DNA from: an uncultured delta proteobacterium
GTDB taxonomy: Bacteria; Desulfobacterota; RBG-13-43-22
Reading direction: 5' to 3'
Assembly: GCA_963711835.1 (NCBI GenBank)
Contig: CAVQFQ010000016.1
Coordinates: 1-64,000, forward strand
Length of the DNA stretch: 64,000 nucleotides
Below are positions 58,825 through 64,000 of this stretch, piece after piece. The position numbers and the translations under genes were made by a program. Each line of letters begins with the position of its first letter. Position 1 is the first letter of the stretch. The notes under the pieces are model-generated. The model did not search any database and was not told where the DNA came from. It worked only from the letters and a program-made list of their open reading frames with translations.

Positions 58825-60624
58825 TTAAGATCCGTACAAGGTCATTCCGGCTACGGCCAGACCGAGTTCCCGCCTGTCCTGTGAATCCGGGACGATTAGA
58901 GCAGGCACCCGGGCTGGATCCACCCGCAGGACCGCCCGCAGGACCCCCCCGGAGGAGAAGAGAGGCGGCGGCAAATCGGCTTGCAGGTCGGTCCAGACAG
59001 CGGCCGGCAGGTTAAAGGCTGTCCGGGTAGAAGGCCCTTCCAAAAGCCGGTCCGAAACCCAACCCAGTTCCAGGTCTCCGGTTACTTCCTCGCCCAAGGC
59101 CCGTTCTCCGGTAAAAAGACGTATGGACAACCTGCCCGCACCGGGTCCGGCCGAAAGATAGGCTTCCGCCAAACCGCTGCTCCAGCGAATCAAACCATTT
59201 TCCCAGGACTCGATTTGGTGCCATCCCCAGCCCAGATGACGCCAGTCTTCAGATCCCATGCGCAAAAAGGTCTTTTTTTTATCCCGGAGGAGATAAATGG
59301 GATGAGGAGGAATCCAGCAGGGCGCAACCCCTTGGGGCCGTCCGGGATGGAGAAGGTCCCCTTCAATCAGTTTTAACAAGGCCTGGAGGTCCCGGCAATC
59401 TTCTCTTAGGAAACCATCCCAGCCCATTACCAGACCTAAGTCCCGGCTGTCGTTAAGGGAAAATTCATAGTCATCCTTCCCGGGGTGATCCGCCGGCCGC
59501 CAGGTCGGACAATGGAAACGGAGGGTAAAGCGTCCTTCGCAGGCCAAGCCGACAGGCAGGATGATCCTGATGGGCGTAAATTCCCGGTCCGGAGAAAGAC
59601 TTACTCGACCTATTATCTTTTCTCCCACCCCGACGGTCAGAATGACCGGATGAAGACTGATCGGGGCCAGGTAAACCAGATGCAGGAAAAAAACCTGATA
59701 CAGGGCCTGACCGGCAGGCAGGCTTAATTCAGCCGATCCCCGGGTCCAACGAAAAGGAGTGGTAAACATCCGGGCAATGCCGTCCATATCCGCACTATGC
59801 TCTTCAACCGGATAAAAGCCAGGAGCGGGTTCCGCCTCTTCGGGATGAATCAATGTGACTCTTTTGGGACGTACTGCCTCGACCAGCAGGGTCGAACGGA
59901 ATCGGGGCCAGAAACGGCCGATCAGGCCGGCCAGGACAGGCCAGCGAAAGGGCGGGTCCAAACAAGCCGAATAAAAAACCCGGGTCTTTTCAAAACGGTA
60001 GATCTCTTTATTTTGGCCCTCCAGCATATAGGTCAGTTCGGAAGCCGTATATTCCCGCAGGTGCCGGGCGGAAAGTATCGAGCTGAAGGCCTCATAAAAT
60101 CTACGGGTGATCTTTGAATGCACGGATCGCCCGGCCAGCAGATGGATCAGATTTTCCAGTCGGGCCAGGTTAGGCGTGGAGACGATGATCCGCCCTCCGG
60201 GCTTGAGGACCCGAAAGGCCTCCCGGAGCAGTCGAAAGGGATTAAAATGGAGATGTTCGATGATTTCCGAGGCCAGAACCACATCAAACGATTCATCGGG
60301 AAAGGGGAAAAATTCCGATTCGACATCGCCGACAGCCACCGGGATTTGGTGCCGTCCAAGACGCTCTATGATTTGATCGAGGCTGGGGGTGCTTTCTGCC
60401 CGGCCCGTCAGCCCTTTCACCTTAAAACCCAGATGCAGGGCCAGGAGGGTGATATGGCCGGGGAAGGCCCCCACATCCAGAAGGCTTTTCCCCTCTCCCG
60501 GACCCAGCACAGCCATGGTGTCCAGGTACCGAGCCCCATGAAAGTCCAGGTACAGTTCTTCCCAGGGGGGCATGGGCTCGGAGGCATACCGGTGTAATAG
60601 AACCTGCAGTTCCTTTTTATTCAA
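58825..60624 (-). CDS. SAM methyltransferase fused to two beta-rich C-terminal domains
   Basis: LLDVGA, SEIIEHL, LKPGG, STPN; two GF/WxxxE...RWT/S...D.R.LG units. Confidence 0.8.
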   Translation of the reverse strand: MNKKELQVLLHRYASEPMPPWEELYLDFHGARYLDTMAVLGPGEGKSLLDVGAFPGHITLLALHLGFKVKGLTGRAESTPSLDQIIERLGRHQIPVAVGDVESEFFPFPDESFDVVLASEIIEHLHFNPFRLLREAFRVLKPGGRIIVSTPNLARLENLIHLLAGRSVHSKITRRFYEAFSSILSARHLREYTASELTYMLEGQNKEIYRFEKTRVFYSACLDPPFRWPVLAGLIGRFWPRFRSTLLVEAVRPKRVTLIHPEEAEPAPGFYPVEEHSADMDGIARMFTTPFRWTRGSAELSLPAGQALYQVFFLHLVYLAPISLHPVILTVGVGEKIIGRVSLSPDREFTPIRIILPVGLACEGRFTLRFHCPTWRPADHPGKDDYEFSLNDSRDLGLVMGWDGFLREDCRDLQALLKLIEGDLLHPGRPQGVAPCWIPPHPIYLLRDKKKTFLRMGSEDWRHLGWGWHQIESWENGLIRWSSGLAEAYLSAGPGAGRLSIRLFTGERALGEEVTGDLELGWVSDRLLEGPSTRTAFNLPAAVWTDLQADLPPPLFSSGGVLRAVLRVDPARVPALIVPDSQDRRELGLAVAGMTLYGS

Positions 60625-60627
60625 AGA

Positions 60628-63600
60628 CTACTCCTGCCCTTTTTTATTATTGGTGACCGATACCCTATCCACCAATAGATCGGCCCGGCCTGAATATTTT
60701 ACCCTGAAGCCCAGTTCACACCGGAAGGGCACCTTAAAATCCAAATCAACGGCCCGGTATTCCCCGGAACCCAGATCCTGAACCCTGACCTTCCGGGTCT
60801 GGAAAAGACGCTTCCCCATATCGGCAGCCACTTCCAACAAGCCTACTTCGGCTTCCTTGGGAATGCGCGGGATGCTTTTAAGCCGCAGATAGAAGCGGGC
60901 CCGGTACCAACCCGCTTCAAAGGTCCGGTAAGGGCCATAGCACAGATAGATGGGCGGATGAAATCCGGCCTTTCCGAATACCGCCTCTTGGCCTGAAGCC
61001 AGGGGATCCGACACAACCATGCCGGTCTGACGAAGCAAGTCTTCGGCTTCCACCGAACCGGGTCCCCTGGTTTGATCGGCAAAACCGATCAGCGCCAGGT
61101 TGAAAGAAATGGGCGCCCGGCCGCTGAAATAAACCCGACAGCCGATCTCCCTGGCCTTGGTGATCTCAAATTTTAAAGACAGATCGGTCCATTGATCAGC
61201 CGCCGCAAAATCCTTTCCCAACAAAGCCCTTTGGGCCAGAATAGTTGCGCGGTCTTGCCATAGTTCAATGCGCCCCACCTCCTGAGAAGGGGCCGCCGGT
61301 CGGGCTTTTACCCGAAACCAGGCCTGATACCTTCCGGAGGGGAAGAACCGGATCGGTCCCTGGAACAAATATCCCGGCCGGTCCTGGCCGGGATCGGCTG
61401 AGACCACATTGCCCCGCAGCCCCGGTCGGAGGGCCGGCCTGCCTGCCGCTAAAGAGTCTTCATCCATAAGGAGGGTATACCCTGAAGCCTCGGGATCAAA
61501 CCGGTGTTGACCGGTGGCTGGAAGCTGATTGGGGACATACTGGACCGCCTGGACCGGGGAGGTGATCTCGGAGACAGCAGCCCCTTCAGAACCGGCCTCA
61601 CGAAATTTGAAAAGGGTGATATTCTTATCCTGGGCAAGCGGCTCCAGCCGGGCAGAAGCGGTCAGGCGTTTCAAGGTCAATCTGGGTGGAAAGGGGCTGA
61701 CTTTTTCGGTATAGAGCAGCGCATCGTCATGGAAGGTGATCAGATCCACCTTGAGCCTTTTCAACTCCCGGGATTCTGCCTCGGTCAGGTCTCCATGGTC
61801 CAGGGGATAGAGAGGCCAAAAAACCTCTTTAATATAATCCCGGAATACCACCGGAGCGTATCCGTTTACCATGGGTTTGCGGGTCCGGGTAACCGTGTAT
61901 TCATAAGCCGAAGACTGGTGGGAATCTCCCGGCCAAATCGGGAGTTCCAAGACCAGCCTTCCCTCGGGCAAGTGTTTTGGAATTTCACTATAGATGCGGT
62001 TATCGATTCGCATCAGGGAGAGCCCTAAGGGGCCGCAGGTATGGTATTCGGCCAAGACGAGAGGGATGACCAGAAGGGGCAGCCAGCGCCTCATCCGCAC
62101 CCAACCCCTTGAACCCAGCCATTCCCGCCAGCTGGCCAGGGCCATCCCGGCCAGTAAACCCAAGAAAATAAAACCCACCATGACGAACCGGCCCGGGACC
62201 CGGGGATAGTTAAAGAAGGGCAGATGATCGTAGAGGGTTTGATAAAGAGGGAAAAAAGTCAGGCTGGGGCCAGGGGTCAAAATAAGGGCCGGAAAAGCGA
62301 GACTCCCGGCCAGGACAAGCCGTTCCGGGTTTTGCGGGCGGCCCATAAAAAGACGCAGGAAGCTTAGGGCCGCCAGAATCAGCAGACCCCAGCCCAAGGT
62401 GACGAATCGTTCCTTGTTTATATCCAGCCAGAAGAAAAGGTTGCCGGCCAGGGGCGAAAAGAGCTTGACCTCGTTGAGAGACCGGCCTTTCCCGGCCAAG
62501 GAAGGCAGAAAAACCTGGGCCCGCAGATGCAGCAGATAGATGGAGGCGAAGGCCAGGCCGATCCCGACTCCAACAGCCGTTATAAAAATCGCGGATTTAT
62601 TAAAACCGGGGAATCGATCCCGGCGAAGCATCCAGGTACGCAGGAGGACGGTTAGAAATAGTCCCAGGCACAGGGCCAATAAGATCCCTCCCAGATGCGG
62701 GATGCTTTTATAGGTTTGAAAGGCATAAAACAACAAAGGGGTGAAGAGGAAAAAACCCTTTCCAACGGTCTGCCGGGCCGCCTGAAAAGAGAGGCTGGAA
62801 AACCGTGCCATCAAAGCAGCCAAATAAAACCAGATGACCACTGCGGCCGCCGTCCAAAGCAGCAAAGGCTGAATCAGGTCAGGAGGCCGGAAAGGGAGCC
62901 CGGCCTGCCGGCTTAAGGACATCCAGAAAAACAGGGCCAGAGAAATTCCTCCTGCCAGTACACCCAAAAGCCCGGTTCGGGAGCCCGGCCGTTCTTTCAG
63001 GTGGATGACCGGATAAGGCCGGAACAGGAGAACCCGGCCGGGCAGGTAGACCCCCAGGGTCAGGGCCGTCAGGAAGGTCGTATGCGGCTCCATCAGGGCC
63101 ATAAGGACCAGGCATAAGCCGGCCGCACCCCCATGAACCCAACGTCCGGATTCGAAGGTTTTCTCCACAAAATAGAGACAGAGTGGCAGCAGGAAAATTA
63201 CATAGCCGTAAAGCTGCCCGCCGGCAATGTGACTCACCCGGTAAGGAACCACGGCAAAGACCAGTCCGGCCAAAAGAGAGGCCCAGGAATCTTTGGTCCA
63301 GGTCCAGGCAAGCAAAAAAACCGCCAGCCCGCTCAAGACGAAGGAAAGAAGAATCAGACCGTTATAGGCACCGATAGGGCCCAGGGGTAAAAGAATCAGG
63401 TAGAGGATCGAAAAAGGGAAATTGGCATAGACGGCACTCATCGGGCCGGCCGGACCGTTGAACTCGTAAGGGTTGGTGAAGAGGGCCGATGAGCCCCAGA
63501 GATTATCGGACAACAACCAGAACCAGTAGTAGGTTTGGAGGTGGTCGCCCGGCATGACCGGGACTTTTTCAAACCCGGATAGGGGTCTGAGGGTATAGGG

Positions 63601-63696
63601 AATCGAGGAAAAAAAATTCTGGGCCAGGGGCCAGGTAAAAATCAAGCCGGCGATTAAACAGCAGGTCAGGCAGAGGACGATGGACCGTTTACCCAA
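60628..63696 (-). CDS. large GT-C-like membrane protein with repeated C-terminal domains
   Basis: GDHLQTYYW, RVPGRF, VLELP, VNGYAP; two GP....G.Y.A.F repeats. Confidence 0.75.
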   Translation of the reverse strand: MGKRSIVLCLTCCLIAGLIFTWPLAQNFFSSIPYTLRPLSGFEKVPVMPGDHLQTYYWFWLLSDNLWGSSALFTNPYEFNGPAGPMSAVYANFPFSILYLILLPLGPIGAYNGLILLSFVLSGLAVFLLAWTWTKDSWASLLAGLVFAVVPYRVSHIAGGQLYGYVIFLLPLCLYFVEKTFESGRWVHGGAAGLCLVLMALMEPHTTFLTALTLGVYLPGRVLLFRPYPVIHLKERPGSRTGLLGVLAGGISLALFFWMSLSRQAGLPFRPPDLIQPLLLWTAAAVVIWFYLAALMARFSSLSFQAARQTVGKGFFLFTPLLFYAFQTYKSIPHLGGILLALCLGLFLTVLLRTWMLRRDRFPGFNKSAIFITAVGVGIGLAFASIYLLHLRAQVFLPSLAGKGRSLNEVKLFSPLAGNLFFWLDINKERFVTLGWGLLILAALSFLRLFMGRPQNPERLVLAGSLAFPALILTPGPSLTFFPLYQTLYDHLPFFNYPRVPGRFVMVGFIFLGLLAGMALASWREWLGSRGWVRMRRWLPLLVIPLVLAEYHTCGPLGLSLMRIDNRIYSEIPKHLPEGRLVLELPIWPGDSHQSSAYEYTVTRTRKPMVNGYAPVVFRDYIKEVFWPLYPLDHGDLTEAESRELKRLKVDLITFHDDALLYTEKVSPFPPRLTLKRLTASARLEPLAQDKNITLFKFREAGSEGAAVSEITSPVQAVQYVPNQLPATGQHRFDPEASGYTLLMDEDSLAAGRPALRPGLRGNVVSADPGQDRPGYLFQGPIRFFPSGRYQAWFRVKARPAAPSQEVGRIELWQDRATILAQRALLGKDFAAADQWTDLSLKFEITKAREIGCRVYFSGRAPISFNLALIGFADQTRGPGSVEAEDLLRQTGMVVSDPLASGQEAVFGKAGFHPPIYLCYGPYRTFEAGWYRARFYLRLKSIPRIPKEAEVGLLEVAADMGKRLFQTRKVRVQDLGSGEYRAVDLDFKVPFRCELGFRVKYSGRADLLVDRVSVTNNKKGQE

Positions 63697-64000
63697 GTTT
63701 TATACCTGAAATGGTAAAACAGTTGAACCGCAGACCAAACAGGATCCAACCCATCTGACAAGTCCAGGCGGAAAAACCACTGGGAGCGGGGAAATTGCGA
63801 ATGGTCTCTTTTTCTTTTCGGGTCAGTTTGGCCAGCGAGGTCATGGAATCCGCCACCCGGCTCATGACCGGGAAGCCGCTGAAAGTGGTCCGAAAGGCAT
63901 AATATTCCGGCTGGGAGAAGGCATAAAAATAGTCGCGAATCCGCAGAGGGGCGAAAGATCCTTTATAGCGGACGTTGGTTTCCTTAAACCAGTTTAAAAC
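63689..64000 (-). CDS. partial CDS (3' end), possibly a methyltransferase
   Basis: Open frame from the window edge (VLNWFKETNVRYKGSF...FTISGIKLG*), overlapping the next start. Confidence 0.55.
   Translation of the reverse strand, partial: VLNWFKETNVRYKGSFAPLRIRDYFYAFSQPEYYAFRTTFSGFPVMSRVADSMTSLAKLTRKEKETIRNFPAPSGFSAWTCQMGWILFGLRFNCFTISGIKLG

Overview
Bacterial chromosomal window, probably from a Desulfobacterota/Deltaproteobacteria-type anaerobe (inferred from gene content and intergenic repeat style). 0-13 kb: housekeeping genes (MBL hydrolase, radical SAM, 1400-aa CoA-activase fusion, RNase E/G, amidohydrolase, gatB, mtnA). 13.3-22 kb: a + strand accessory island of toxin-antitoxin genes and remnants. 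It holds two apparently identical 332-bp non-autonomous IS200/IS605-type elements, one splitting a HEPN gene in a way precise excision would repair. 24.5-34 kb: a minus-strand cluster (TolC, CtpA, YibQ-like protein, 7-CXXCH cytochrome c, and a CoA-disulfide-reductase-like flavoprotein whose catalytic Cys codon is an in-frame TGA followed by a SECIS-like hairpin). 34-36.6 kb: an MgtE-N/Nramp pair. 36.6-64 kb: a large envelope glycosylation region. The most unusual non-coding signal is a ~215-bp structured module found twice, 19 kb apart and in opposite orientation (1636-1851 and 20662-20876). The copies differ by about nine compensatory base-pair changes in the closing stem, and each sits inside a different outer inverted-repeat shell with an apparent target-site duplication. 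Scattered single-base frameshifts look like assembly errors. No rRNA, tRNA or CRISPR array was seen. All calls were made by eye, without database searches.
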